DNA of 61,469 bases from an uncultured Candidatus Saccharibacteria bacterium (GCA_964504715.1 CAZDEP010000008.1:1-61469); one strand, 5' to 3'; positions 35,908 through 45,648 are shown, numbered from the stretch's first letter. A program made the numbers and translations. Notes: a model not told the origin generated them from the sequence alone.

Positions 35908-36846
35908 TTATTTCTGACCGGCCTTAAACACAATATTCTCCACCTTTTCTCCCGATCTGCCCAAAACTCCCATATTCTGCCCATTTACCGAAATTTTTAG
36001 GGCACCCGCATCGCTGGCCGAAAGAATAATCAAGTTTTTTGCATTAAAAAGCCGACTCTCCGACGCCTTATGCCGCTCGCGGATTTCATCTCCTCCGTCT
36101 ATTTTCAGTGCTATTTCGGCATCTTGCAAAAATTGAATTTCCAAATTAACTTCGGCTTTGTTTTGACTGCCTTCCATTTGACCTATTACCGTTACGGTTT
36201 TGCTCGCCGACTTGTTAAATTTATTTTTTGCCGTAATAACCAAAAGCTTGGGACCCTGGGAAATGCCTAAGCTGGTTTCAAAGTTTCCGGCGGAATCTAC
36301 ATACACCGGTTCTTCATTAACAGTCAGGCTCGCATCAGGATCGGTTTTCCCCGCGACCACAACAAAAGTTTTTTCAACAACACTTAGGTCTTGGGGACTG
36401 TAAATTTCCAAAAGCGGGACTTTGCTTATGCCGGCAACCTGCCAAATTATATAGGCTACCGTAATTGTTATAAACAAGAACGCTGCGGCAAAACTCAAAT
36501 TTTTCGGCGTAATAACTAAATCTTTCCAAAAGCTCAGCTTTTTATTGTCTGTTTGTCCTGAAGTTTGGGTCCTGACATTTTTAAATATTTTCCGCTCTAT
36601 TTCATATTGTCTAATTAAAATCTCTTTATCTATTTTATAAATTTCGGAAAGCTTGGCCAAAAAACCTTTAACATACACCGAAGAGGGCAACTGCCTGTAT
36701 TCCCCGTCTTCCAAAGCGGCAATAATTTTTATCCCGACTCCGGTTTTTTTGCTCACCTGCTCCTGTGACATAGCCAAATCTTGCCTGACAGCCTTCAAAT
36801 ACTCAGACAAAGTTTCCAACTGAATTTTATGTTTTTCAAAGACCAC
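35908..36846 (-). CDS. RodZ-like HTH membrane protein
   Basis: N-terminal XRE-type HTH (MSQEQVSKKTGVGIKIIAALEDGEY..LPSSVYVKGFL), a single TM helix and a beta-rich C-terminal domain. GTG start. Confidence 0.65.
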   Translation of the reverse strand: MVFEKHKIQLETLSEYLKAVRQDLAMSQEQVSKKTGVGIKIIAALEDGEYRQLPSSVYVKGFLAKLSEIYKIDKEILIRQYEIERKIFKNVRTQTSGQTDNKKLSFWKDLVITPKNLSFAAAFLFITITVAYIIWQVAGISKVPLLEIYSPQDLSVVEKTFVVVAGKTDPDASLTVNEEPVYVDSAGNFETSLGISQGPKLLVITAKNKFNKSASKTVTVIGQMEGSQNKAEVNLEIQFLQDAEIALKIDGGDEIRERHKASESRLFNAKNLIILSASDAGALKISVNGQNMGVLGRSGEKVENIVFKAGQK

Positions 36847-36873
36847 AAAGTAATTCCAAGTGTAAAATTAAAA

Positions 36874-39102
36874 TTAGTTATTATCTTCTTCGGGTGCGCT
36901 CCCATATTCTTCCCTCTCTGCGTTCGAAACGCCATATACTTCCCTCGGCTTTGCGCCTTCTCCGGGACCTATTACCCCCTGCTGTTCCAAAATATCCAGC
37001 AGCCGGGCTGCCCTGGCATAACCCACCCGCAAGCGTCTTTGCAATAAAGATGCAGAAGCCTTGCCCGCGCGGGTTACTTCCTCAATCGCTTCAGGCAGCA
37101 AAGGATCATCATCCCCGACTTCTTCACCCTCAAAGCCCGGCACGCCCAAAGATTTTTTGGGTTTTTCTAAAATTTCCTCGTTATAAATCGGCGCACCCGA
37201 CTGTTGTTTGAAGAAATCCACCACCTTCTTTACTTCCTTTTCACCAATATAAGCGCCTTGCACGCGCTTGGGCTTGTTGAATTCGGACGAGGTGTAAAGC
37301 ATATCCCCGTTACCCAGCAGCTTTTCGGCCCCCGAAGTGTCCAAAATAGTCCGGCTATCTATTTGGCTCGCAACCGCAAAGGCAACGCGCGATGTAATGT
37401 TGGCCTTTATTAGCCCGGTAATTATATCCACGCTCGGCCTTTGGGTCGCTACCACCAAATGTATCCCCACCGCCCGGGCCATTTGAGCCAAACGAACGAT
37501 CGCCGCTTCCACGTCGGCCTGCGCAACAGCCATTAAGTCTGCAAGCTCATCTACCAAAATTACAATGTAGGGCATGGAAAGCTCTGTGGCTTCATTGTAT
37601 TCTAAAATATTCCGCTTCCCGACTTCCGACAAAAGCCTATACCTGCGATCCATTTCCGCCACCGACCACTTTAAGGCATTTACGGCTTTCTCATGATCAA
37701 TAATTACCGGTGTAAGGAGATGCGGTATACCGTTATATAAATTTAATTCTACCCTTTTAGGGTCAATGACTATAAATTTAACGTCTTGCGGTGTATTCCT
37801 ATAAAGCAAAGAAATAAACAGGCTATTTATAGAAACACTTTTGCCGGTACCCGTGGCGCCAGCGACCAGCAAATGAGGCATTTTAGCCAAATCAGCCACC
37901 ATGGGTTGTCCCGCAACATCCCGGCCCAAAGCCAATGCCAGTTTGGATTTATGATCCACAAACTGCGGCGTTTGCATTACATCGCGGATGCGGACAATGG
38001 CCGTGGACTTATTAGGCACTTCTATGCCCACCAAAGATTTTCCGGGGATGGGCAATTCCATGCGGACGGAATGTGCGGCCAGCGCCAATGCTAAATTATC
38101 CTGCAAAGCCGCAATCTGCGAAAGCCTGATTCCCGCTGCGGGGCGCAACGTATATTGGGTTACGGTCGGCCCCACGTTTACTTCGCCCATTTCCGCTTCG
38201 AGGCCAAAATCCGCCAAAGTCTTTTTTATAACTGCAACGTTGGATTCTATGTTGCCGCTGTCAACAGTTGCATCGCTGCTATCCAGCAGGTCGAAAGGAG
38301 GCAGTTTCCAGTCTTTGCGGTCTTTTATAGTAATAGCCTCTAACTGAATTTGTCCGGTTTTACCAAGCGCGTTTACTGCAACTGTAGTTTTGACGGGCTT
38401 GGGAATTTCCGAGTCTTCCCCTTCGTCTTCTCCTTCAATTTTTGGGTTAGCGGATGAGACTTTGTCTTTCAAAAATCCCTGGCTGGACAAAGTATTAATT
38501 TTTAACTGTCCCGGAGCGGTCTTGATGGCAAGATCCTCTTTTGCTTCCCTGCCCGGCCACAGCCTATGCAAGGCAATATCAAAAGCAATCAATACCCCGA
38601 TTACAAACAGGGCAAACAAAATCACATTGGCGGCAATAAACCCTAAAAACCTAAAAGCCACCCCGCCAAAAAAAGCGCCCAAAAAACCGCCGCCTCTTCC
38701 GGCTTCGGCCAAAGCAAAGGCCGTATAACCATTGTTCAAATAAAAAGTATGTATAATCCCGTCAATCGCCCCTGTCAAAAGTATTGCTCCCAAATATATG
38801 CGTAAATAAAAACCATTGTCCCGGCCCCTTTGGTCTTCTTCCAACTTTTGCCTGTAAAGCAGAATGGCAACTAAAGCAAGCAACAAAGGCATGACATAAG
38901 CCAACACTCCAAAGCCCCATGCCAAAACTTTCATTAGTCCGGCCCCAAAGCTTCCGGCAATGCCAAAAGCCGCCAAAGCCGAAATGACCGACAGGACCAC
39001 AAACACCACAACGGCCACGCCCCGTTTGGTGTCCTGAGAAAGGTTTAACTGGGGCGGGTTAAATATTTTATCCTTTTCTTGGTTTTTTTTGTTTCTGCCC
39101 AT
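36874..39102 (-). CDS. ftsK: DNA translocase FtsK/SpoIIIE
   Basis: N-terminal TM helices, motor domain with GATGTGKSV, and a C-terminal winged-helix gamma domain (LLQRRLRVGYARAARLLD). Confidence 0.95.
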   Translation of the reverse strand: MGRNKKNQEKDKIFNPPQLNLSQDTKRGVAVVVFVVLSVISALAAFGIAGSFGAGLMKVLAWGFGVLAYVMPLLLALVAILLYRQKLEEDQRGRDNGFYLRIYLGAILLTGAIDGIIHTFYLNNGYTAFALAEAGRGGGFLGAFFGGVAFRFLGFIAANVILFALFVIGVLIAFDIALHRLWPGREAKEDLAIKTAPGQLKINTLSSQGFLKDKVSSANPKIEGEDEGEDSEIPKPVKTTVAVNALGKTGQIQLEAITIKDRKDWKLPPFDLLDSSDATVDSGNIESNVAVIKKTLADFGLEAEMGEVNVGPTVTQYTLRPAAGIRLSQIAALQDNLALALAAHSVRMELPIPGKSLVGIEVPNKSTAIVRIRDVMQTPQFVDHKSKLALALGRDVAGQPMVADLAKMPHLLVAGATGTGKSVSINSLFISLLYRNTPQDVKFIVIDPKRVELNLYNGIPHLLTPVIIDHEKAVNALKWSVAEMDRRYRLLSEVGKRNILEYNEATELSMPYIVILVDELADLMAVAQADVEAAIVRLAQMARAVGIHLVVATQRPSVDIITGLIKANITSRVAFAVASQIDSRTILDTSGAEKLLGNGDMLYTSSEFNKPKRVQGAYIGEKEVKKVVDFFKQQSGAPIYNEEILEKPKKSLGVPGFEGEEVGDDDPLLPEAIEEVTRAGKASASLLQRRLRVGYARAARLLDILEQQGVIGPGEGAKPREVYGVSNAEREEYGSAPEEDNN

Positions 39103-39296
39103 GAATTTTCTTGTGTAAGTTTACCCCGAGCTTGTCGAAGGGAGCGGAGCCGAGGGGTAAATTCCAAATAATTAATCACGCTTCATTACTATACTATTCT
39201 AGCATTTTTCCCCCCACTTTAAAACCCCGTCCCCCACTTAGGAGGGACGAGGCTTATTATTCGTGCTGATCCGTTTCTAATTAGTGTTTATTTTGC

Positions 39297-39857
39297 TTAA
39301 AGGCCTTTAACTTTAACTTTCTTGGTCTTGGCCTTGGCGGCTTTGGGGATTATAACCGTTAAAATGCCGTCTTTGAGGTCGGCCTCAATGCCCTCGCTGT
39401 CAATGTCAACCGGAATTATTACGGAGCGGGAGAAGTTTCCCCAATAGCATTCCTGGTAAAAATAATCGTCCTGATTAACACTTTCTTCTTTCTTACGCGC
39501 GCCTTTTATAGTGAGCATGTCGTTGGCCACGGTAATGTCTATATCTTCCGGCCTTACGCCTGCAATGGTGGACTTAATTATGACATTGTCCTTGGTCTGA
39601 TACATGTCTATATTAAGTTGCCCCTCATAATCCGAAAGCCAGTCTTCGCCTTCTTTAGCCTTGTGGACAGGGGCACTGGCTGTCTCCTGAACCGGCTCTT
39701 GAGCCTCTTCCTCTTCCGCCTGCTCTTCCGGCTCTTCAACTATAAGCTCTTCGGCTTCCATTTCTTCGTCCTCAACTTGTGAAACCGAAACCGGCACGGC
39801 CTCTTCCGTTACGTTCCCGCCCATTATTTTCCCAAAAAAAGAAGTTTTCTTTGCCAT
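39297..39857 (-). CDS. Hsp20/alpha-crystallin family small heat-shock protein with acidic N-terminal extension
   Basis: DITVANDMLTIKGARKKE...GILTVIIPK matches the alpha-crystallin domain. Confidence 0.85.
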   Translation of the reverse strand: MAKKTSFFGKIMGGNVTEEAVPVSVSQVEDEEMEAEELIVEEPEEQAEEEEAQEPVQETASAPVHKAKEGEDWLSDYEGQLNIDMYQTKDNVIIKSTIAGVRPEDIDITVANDMLTIKGARKKEESVNQDDYFYQECYWGNFSRSVIIPVDIDSEGIEADLKDGILTVIIPKAAKAKTKKVKVKGL

Positions 39858-39902
39858 AAATTTTCTCTTTAATTCCTTACAGTTCTAAGGGTTACTAAAA
39901 CT

Positions 39903-39931
39903 ATAATAGACGATAAACAATAGTCCGTCAA
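39903..39931 (-). promoter_or_regulatory. candidate promoter for hsp20
   Basis: On the minus strand: TTGACG, a 17-nt spacer, then TATTAT, about 45 nt upstream of the ATG. Confidence 0.35.
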
Positions 39932-39991
39932 CCGCAGGTTTAGCTAAATTATAAAGGCAAATAAGGCTCTTTAGCAGGTGAAACCACCAGC

Positions 39992-40726
39992 CTACCTCAC
40001 GCTGTTATAGCCTTTTTTATTCAATGGCTTTTTGGTAATAATGACCCAAAAATAATTTATTAAGTACTGAAAAACTGTCTTAATAATCCCATTTTTATTG
40101 TAACGCCTAGCGCTGGTATAAACCCATAAAGATGGTGAAACTATAATTTTGCCTAAGGGATACAGCCTCTGTGAAAGCAAGGCCTCGTCCCCAAAAAATT
40201 CAGTGCCCTGCCCCAAGCCCCCCACTTGGTCCAAAGCGCGTTTTTTAACAGCAGTCATTCCTCCCACCAAATGGGCGGAATGATGAAATATATTATTCAT
40301 TAAAAACACCCACGGGTAAACAAAACAAAAGGTGCCCAAAGTTTGCAGGGCTTTTTTTAGCTGCGACATTCCGTAATACTTATAATGAGTAGAGACCGCG
40401 ACTACTTCGGTAGGGGCGATTTTTTCCACAAGCTTGGCAAGCCACATAGCTTTCGGCAGGCGGACATCGGCATCTAAAAAAATAAGTATATCTCCCAATG
40501 CCTCCATATAGCCTTTCTGCCGCGCCGCTACGGTGCCCGGTAATTTTTCATCCACAATTTTTACGGCCGGATATTTTTCCAAAACCAGGGAAGCGGTACT
40601 GTCTGTGGAATTATTATTTACAACCACAACTTCAAATTCTTCCTGAAAGTCTTGGGCAAAAATAGAATCCAGACAGCCGCCTATGTATTTTGACTCATTA
40701 TTTGCCGGGATAATAAATGAAATCAT
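39992..40726 (-). CDS. family 2 glycosyltransferase
   Basis: ISFIIPANNESKYIGGCLDSIFAQ and ...FLDADV (DxD). Confidence 0.85.
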   Translation of the reverse strand: MISFIIPANNESKYIGGCLDSIFAQDFQEEFEVVVVNNNSTDSTASLVLEKYPAVKIVDEKLPGTVAARQKGYMEALGDILIFLDADVRLPKAMWLAKLVEKIAPTEVVAVSTHYKYYGMSQLKKALQTLGTFCFVYPWVFLMNNIFHHSAHLVGGMTAVKKRALDQVGGLGQGTEFFGDEALLSQRLYPLGKIIVSPSLWVYTSARRYNKNGIIKTVFQYLINYFWVIITKKPLNKKGYNSVR

Positions 40727-40769
40727 AATCTTTTAAAATTATTTCAGTCGTCACCTATGACCTTGTCTT

Positions 40770-41381
40770 TTACGCCAATGATGCAATTACCCTGGTAGGG
40801 GCGGCTTCGGCCTGAAATTTTGCCGGCAAAGCGGTAATTTCAAAATTCTTACCGATCAATTTTTCTAAATTTGTTAGATTTTCCAAAACCAACACGTCAT
40901 TTTTAAAAAGTATATTATGGACAGCATAGGGCGCCTTGTCGGGCGAAGGCGTATCCATTCCAACCATGCTCGCTCCCGCCCGCGCCAGCTGTGTTGCGAA
41001 ATCCTGGCTAATTTCCGGGTAATTAAAATAGTACTCGTCCGCCCCAAAGGCCTTTGACCAGCCAAAGCATACCAAAACTATATTGCCTTTTTGAATATTT
41101 ACCCCCTGTAAAAGCTCTAAACCTGCGGAAGTTTTTCCGCGAGCATCTACTATAATGCCTTTGCCAAAAAATTTCTCTGGCGGATATTCATCCAAAAACT
41201 TGCCGCCTAAAACCATATGCGCGGGTGCGTCCATATGAGTACCGACGTGCATACCGGTTTTAATTTCGTAATGCAGTATGCCGTCCCGAGAGACTTCCGA
41301 AGTTTTCAAAAGTTGGGCGGCTGGATCGCCCGGAAAAACCGGCATATCGGGCGTAAAAGTGTGGGTGAGGTCTATGTACAT
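40770..41381 (-). CDS. cyclase-family protein (kynurenine formamidase-like)
   Basis: DLTHTF..MPVFPGDP and HVGTHMDAPAH motifs. Confidence 0.8.
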   Translation of the reverse strand: MYIDLTHTFTPDMPVFPGDPAAQLLKTSEVSRDGILHYEIKTGMHVGTHMDAPAHMVLGGKFLDEYPPEKFFGKGIIVDARGKTSAGLELLQGVNIQKGNIVLVCFGWSKAFGADEYYFNYPEISQDFATQLARAGASMVGMDTPSPDKAPYAVHNILFKNDVLVLENLTNLEKLIGKNFEITALPAKFQAEAAPTRVIASLA

Positions 41382-41386
41382 AATAT

Positions 41387-42493
41387 TCAGCGGTGTTCAG
41401 CGCCAACCGCCTCGGCAATATTTTTAAAACCGTCCTTCTCCAAAAGTTTAACCAGGCCTTTGCAAATTTTTTTTGGCAAACCCGGGCCTTCGTATATTAG
41501 TCCGCTGTAAACCTGGACCAAAGATGCGCCCGCCCTGATTTTTTCATAGGCATCGGCAGCGCTGCTTATCCCCCCGAGGCCAATAATACAGGGACGCTTT
41601 AGCCTTTTGTAGGCATGTCTTATAAGCTCGGTGGTTTTTTTGCGGATTGGCTCGCCCGAAAGTCCGCCGCGGCCGATCGATTCCAATTTCGCTTGGGAAG
41701 TCTTAAGCCCTTCCCGCATGCCGTGCGCGCAATTAGCCAGCACATAACCGGCGACACCGTATTTTTCCGTAATGTCCAATATCGCATCCAAGTCCTGAAA
41801 GCTAATGTCGGGAGACAACTTTACCAAAACCGGCTTATGGACTTTTTCTTGGTCAATAATTTTTTTTATTTCTATAAGCAGCGCTTCCAAAGACTCGCAT
41901 TCTTCAAAGGTCTTGCCCTCTGCGGTATTGGGGCAGCTCACGTTAATAAGTATGTAGTCGCCAAAGCGATGCAATTTTTTAAAAGTATAGCAATAATCCT
42001 CTATGCCCTGCTCGCCAAGTATTTCTGTGCTGTGAGTCTTGGCAATATTTATGCCCAGTGGGATCCGGCAAATGCCCTCGTTGGACCGCGCCCTTGCTTC
42101 CAGCTTTTTTTCCATGGCATCGGCGCCAATATTGTTAAGGCCCATGCGGTTAATAACCGCCCTGTCTTCGGGCAGGCGCCACATGCGAGGCTTGGCATTG
42201 CCTTTGCCGCCGCGTGCGGTTACGGAACCGATCTCTATAAAACCCAAACCCAGGCTGGGCCAAAAATCCAGCATGCGAGCGCTCTTGTCAAAGCCGCCCG
42301 GCACGCCCACAGGATTTTTGAATTTTATTCCTAAAAATTTTTGCTCCAACGCGGGATGATTAAACGTGTATACTGAAGAAAAAAATTGTTTGAAAGGAAA
42401 ATATCCAAAAATTTTCTCCCCCAGCCACAGCATAAGTTCATGAATGACTTCACTGTTTAAAATAAATATCAACGGACGCAAGTATTTATACAT
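41387..42493 (-). CDS. pyrD: dihydroorotate dehydrogenase, class 2 (quinone-type architecture)
   Basis: NRMGLNNIGADA, LINVSCPNT and GGISSAADAYEKIRAGASLVQVYSGLIYEGPG, plus an N-terminal extension typical of class 2. Confidence 0.9.
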   Translation of the reverse strand: MYKYLRPLIFILNSEVIHELMLWLGEKIFGYFPFKQFFSSVYTFNHPALEQKFLGIKFKNPVGVPGGFDKSARMLDFWPSLGLGFIEIGSVTARGGKGNAKPRMWRLPEDRAVINRMGLNNIGADAMEKKLEARARSNEGICRIPLGINIAKTHSTEILGEQGIEDYCYTFKKLHRFGDYILINVSCPNTAEGKTFEECESLEALLIEIKKIIDQEKVHKPVLVKLSPDISFQDLDAILDITEKYGVAGYVLANCAHGMREGLKTSQAKLESIGRGGLSGEPIRKKTTELIRHAYKRLKRPCIIGLGGISSAADAYEKIRAGASLVQVYSGLIYEGPGLPKKICKGLVKLLEKDGFKNIAEAVGAEHR

Positions 42494-43340
42494 AACGAAA
42501 CTTATTTATCTCGTCCTTTAATTTTTTTGCCTCTGCTTTTGGATCTTCGGAAAAAATTATCCCTTTGGAGGAATTTATTATTAAACCCCTTTTTTGAGAA
42601 TTCAACCCCGCCTTTATAACTGCTTCCACACTACCCCCTTGCGTGCCAACCCCGGGAACCAGCAAAGTCATTTCTCCGACAATATTTCTAACCTCTCCGA
42701 GTTCGGCAGGATAGGTTGCGCCGACTACCAACATGCAATTGTGGTTATAATTCCAGTCACTGGAAACTTTTTGTGCCACTATCTGCCAAAGTTTTTTCCC
42801 CCTCTCCCTTAATCCCTCCCCCTCTGGAGGGGAGGGCAGGGAGGAGGTGAATTCCAAATCCTGCAACTCTTTCGCGCCCGGATTGGAAGTCCTGCAAAGG
42901 ATAATGGAAACTTTGTCTTTCCTGTCTAAAAATGGTTTTATGGCATCTAGACCTAGATAGGGATGCAAAGTTACCGCATCAAAATCCAAGTTATCCAAAA
43001 TTGATTGTGCATACAGTTCGCTAGTGTAGCCAATATCTGCGCGCTTTGCGTCGCAAATAGTAAAAATATCCGGACAATTTTCCTGAAGATATAGCGCAGT
43101 CATCCGTAACTCTTCCCATCCTTCTCTGCCTCGGGCTTCATAAGATGCGACATTGGGCTTAAACGCCGCGGCAAATTCTGCCGTTTGGTCAATAATCCAC
43201 TTATTGAATTCAAATTGCGGATTTTCCATCCCTTTAAATTTTTCCGGCAATTTCCCAAAGTCAGGATCTAGACCCACGCATAAAAGCGAATTGATTTTTT
43301 GTGCCCTTTGGTTGTATTTTTCTTTGGCCGCGCTCATCAT
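42486..43340 (-). CDS. pyrF: orotidine 5'-phosphate decarboxylase (long type 2)
   Basis: CVGLDPD, DAKRADIG and VGATYP..VPGVGTQGG. It carries an in-frame P/G/E-rich hairpin insert. Confidence 0.9.
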   Translation of the reverse strand: MMSAAKEKYNQRAQKINSLLCVGLDPDFGKLPEKFKGMENPQFEFNKWIIDQTAEFAAAFKPNVASYEARGREGWEELRMTALYLQENCPDIFTICDAKRADIGYTSELYAQSILDNLDFDAVTLHPYLGLDAIKPFLDRKDKVSIILCRTSNPGAKELQDLEFTSSLPSPPEGEGLRERGKKLWQIVAQKVSSDWNYNHNCMLVVGATYPAELGEVRNIVGEMTLLVPGVGTQGGSVEAVIKAGLNSQKRGLIINSSKGIIFSEDPKAEAKKLKDEINKFRYV

Positions 43341-43345
43341 ATGGT

Positions 43346-43978
43346 TTATTTTTCCAAACCTTTAGCTTCTAAAAATTTTTTCCCGTGACCAATACCCGTA
43401 TTTATTGGCACGCCTTGTTGGCAAAGAACGCACTCCGCCTCCTCGTATACCGGCACCTCTAAAACATCCAGGGCGTAAAAAGGGACGCCAAAGTATTCGC
43501 TCGTCACCCCTTGAGGGTTTTTATTCACCATGACTATTACAGCCACAACCGTTGCGCCCGCCGCTTTTACGGACTCCACGACTTTTTTGGCGCTGCCGCC
43601 GGTGGTAGTTAAATCCTCTACCACTAAAACTTTTTTACCCGCCACCAGCTTGTCGTAGCCACGGGTAAATACCTGATTGTTTTTTTCAGCTTTTTCGGTA
43701 TATACTCCCAAAATTTCCCTGCCTTTTATTTCTGAAAGATAATGTGCAGTCCAAGTAGAAAGGATAATACCGCCCAGCGCCGGGCCTACTACTACCTCTA
43801 TATCCAAATTTTTTACTTTTTCAGCCAACAGCCTGCAAATTTCCGAAGTCGCTTTGGTATGGGGGTAAAGCGCGTCTTTATTTATATAAATGGGAAAATG
43901 TTTGCCAGACGTGCCGACAAAATGGCTGTCTGTTAAAACCGCGCCGGTGTGTTTAAGAATATCTAATACTTTGCTCAT
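43346..43978 (-). CDS. pyrE: orotate phosphoribosyltransferase
   Basis: The PRPP-binding motif VLVVEDLTTTGGS. Confidence 0.85.
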   Translation of the reverse strand: MSKVLDILKHTGAVLTDSHFVGTSGKHFPIYINKDALYPHTKATSEICRLLAEKVKNLDIEVVVGPALGGIILSTWTAHYLSEIKGREILGVYTEKAEKNNQVFTRGYDKLVAGKKVLVVEDLTTTGGSAKKVVESVKAAGATVVAVIVMVNKNPQGVTSEYFGVPFYALDVLEVPVYEEAECVLCQQGVPINTGIGHGKKFLEAKGLEK

Positions 43979-44051
43979 TTTGTTATCTAGCTATTATTAT
44001 TTAAAATTATCCAATGGGTGTTACCGTAACGGCGGCTTTCATTTTGGGATA

Positions 44052-44282
44052 TTAGAAATGTTTATTTAGGAATGCGCGACCTGATCCTGATTTTAAATAC
44101 TTTTCCAATTCAAATGCTTTATACTTATTTTCAAGCGCAATGTAAAAATCAAGCCTTACGGGCAACCTATTTTTGGTCGCTTGAACATACCCTTTTTGAT
44201 GCCGATTTAGCCTCTCCCTGAGGTTATCGGTACATCCAATATAGTATCCGTTCTTACATTTCAAACTATAAATGTAATGCAT
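44052..44282 (-). CDS. GIY-YIG nuclease-superfamily small protein (UPF0213-like)
   Basis: MHYIYSLKCKNGYYIGCTDNLRERLNRHQKG...E..LK. The ORF-track extension to 44330 starts at TTG and runs into repeats. Confidence 0.75.
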   Translation of the reverse strand: MHYIYSLKCKNGYYIGCTDNLRERLNRHQKGYVQATKNRLPVRLDFYIALENKYKAFELEKYLKSGSGRAFLNKHF

Positions 44283-44463
44283 AATTTGATGCCTGCTTTC
44301 ACTAAACAATGCAAGTCGTAGGTTTGCCAAGCAGCAGCTTCAGCGAAACCAGGACATAAGAGCGAGAGATTCGAACCCTGGTCCTTTTTTTTATAGGTTA
44401 TTGGTCGCTTTCGCAAACCTTGTGGCGGACTTCGTCACGCCTTAGGTTCGCTTCAGCGAACCG

Positions 44464-44485
44464 ATGGCGGAGAGGGTGGGATTCG
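44464..44485 (-). repeat. 22-nt duplicate of the tRNA-Ser 3' end (acceptor/T-arm fragment)
   Basis: ATGGCGGAGAGGGTGGGATTCG is identical to 44667-44688. It does not continue into a foldable tRNA. Confidence 0.85.
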
Positions 44486-44667
44486 GTCACTTCACGCTAT
44501 TCTCCTCATCCCTTCGGGATTCGTCGAATAACGCTACAGCGACCCCTGCCGCTATTTATTGCTCCAAATAATCGCAACAAATTTTTTGCTTCGCAAAAAT
44601 CGCTCTTTTTCGAATCCCACTATCATTTATTGGCAACCCGGCAGCCAGAAGGCTTCCGGTTTGCCAA

Positions 44668-44756
<89 letters not shown>

Positions 44757-44877
44757 AAGTGACAACAACCATATAACCCTTCAAGCTTTATCTTATGACT
44801 CTACCTATTATAAAACAAAAACCGCTGTTTGTCAGCGGTGGTTATTTATACATACATTTTACCACCTCACTCCCCCT

Positions 44878-45648
44878 CTACTTAAATACAGGAAGGAGAT
44901 GAGAACAAAAACTCAAGCGGTGCAGAGGTGAAAGACCATGTTTTACAATAGCTTCACGATGCTCGATTGTGCCGTAACCTTTGTGTTTTGCAAAATTATA
45001 CAAAGGATAAGTTGTATGGTGTTGGACCATTATTTCGTCACGGTAAACTTTGGCGATAATCGAAGCCGCGGCTATGGAAATAACTTTATTGTCGCCGCCA
45101 ACTATTGCTTCTTGCGGAAAATTTATGTTTGGAATTGTGAATTTGCCGTCTACGGCTATCATGAAATCTCTTTTGTCATCCCGACTGACGAGGAGTGCAT
45201 CTGATGAGGAATGGAGGGATCCCTTAAATGTCAAGATTTCATCGGATAAAGGATTGCCTGCCTCGCCGGCAGGCAGGCTCCGCTCGTCCTCTAAGACAAC
45301 GGGCTTGGTCGGAATGACAGAAGAGAGTAACCCTTCTACCGCCTTCCGCATTGCCAAAAGTGTGGCATTGTGAATATTAATTTCATCAATAATTTTTTCC
45401 GAAACAACGCCCACGCTCCACTGGGCATGCTGTTTTATAAGCTCGGATAATTCACTCCGTTTGTCTGCATTAAGCTGCTTGCTGTCTTTAATTTCCTTCC
45501 AGAATGTTTGGTGCTCCCTGCTAGCTAGTGGGAGCACCGCTGCCCCTGCCACTACGGGTCCTGCCAAACTGCCTCGGCCAACTTCGTCGCAGCCAATAAC
45601 CCAGACTACACTTTTTCTTGCCCGGTTTTTTTCGTAATTAAAATTCAT
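44878..45648 (-). CDS. rnhB: ribonuclease HII (with 48-codon repeat-element insert)
   Basis: VIGCDEVGRGSLAGPVVAGA and the DSKQL pattern. 256 aa versus about 200 aa typical. Confidence 0.9.
   Translation of the reverse strand: MNFNYEKNRARKSVVWVIGCDEVGRGSLAGPVVAGAAVLPLASREHQTFWKEIKDSKQLNADKRSELSELIKQHAQWSVGVVSEKIIDEINIHNATLLAMRKAVEGLLSSVIPTKPVVLEDERSLPAGEAGNPLSDEILTFKGSLHSSSDALLVSRDDKRDFMIAVDGKFTIPNINFPQEAIVGGDNKVISIAAASIIAKVYRDEIMVQHHTTYPLYNFAKHKGYGTIEHREAIVKHGLSPLHRLSFCSHLLPVFK
45175..45318. repeat. MITE-like element inserted in frame in rnhB
   Basis: Terminal inverted repeats GTCATCCCGAC / GTCGGAATGAC (10 of 11). 144 bp equals 48 codons. It is homologous to 19655-19755. Confidence 0.75.

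Noticed and set aside
44355-44395. Possible additional tRNA gene from a GATTCGAACCC T-loop-like string
   Set aside because: The flanking bases do not form a T-stem or acceptor stem. I treated it as decayed tRNA-derived debris.
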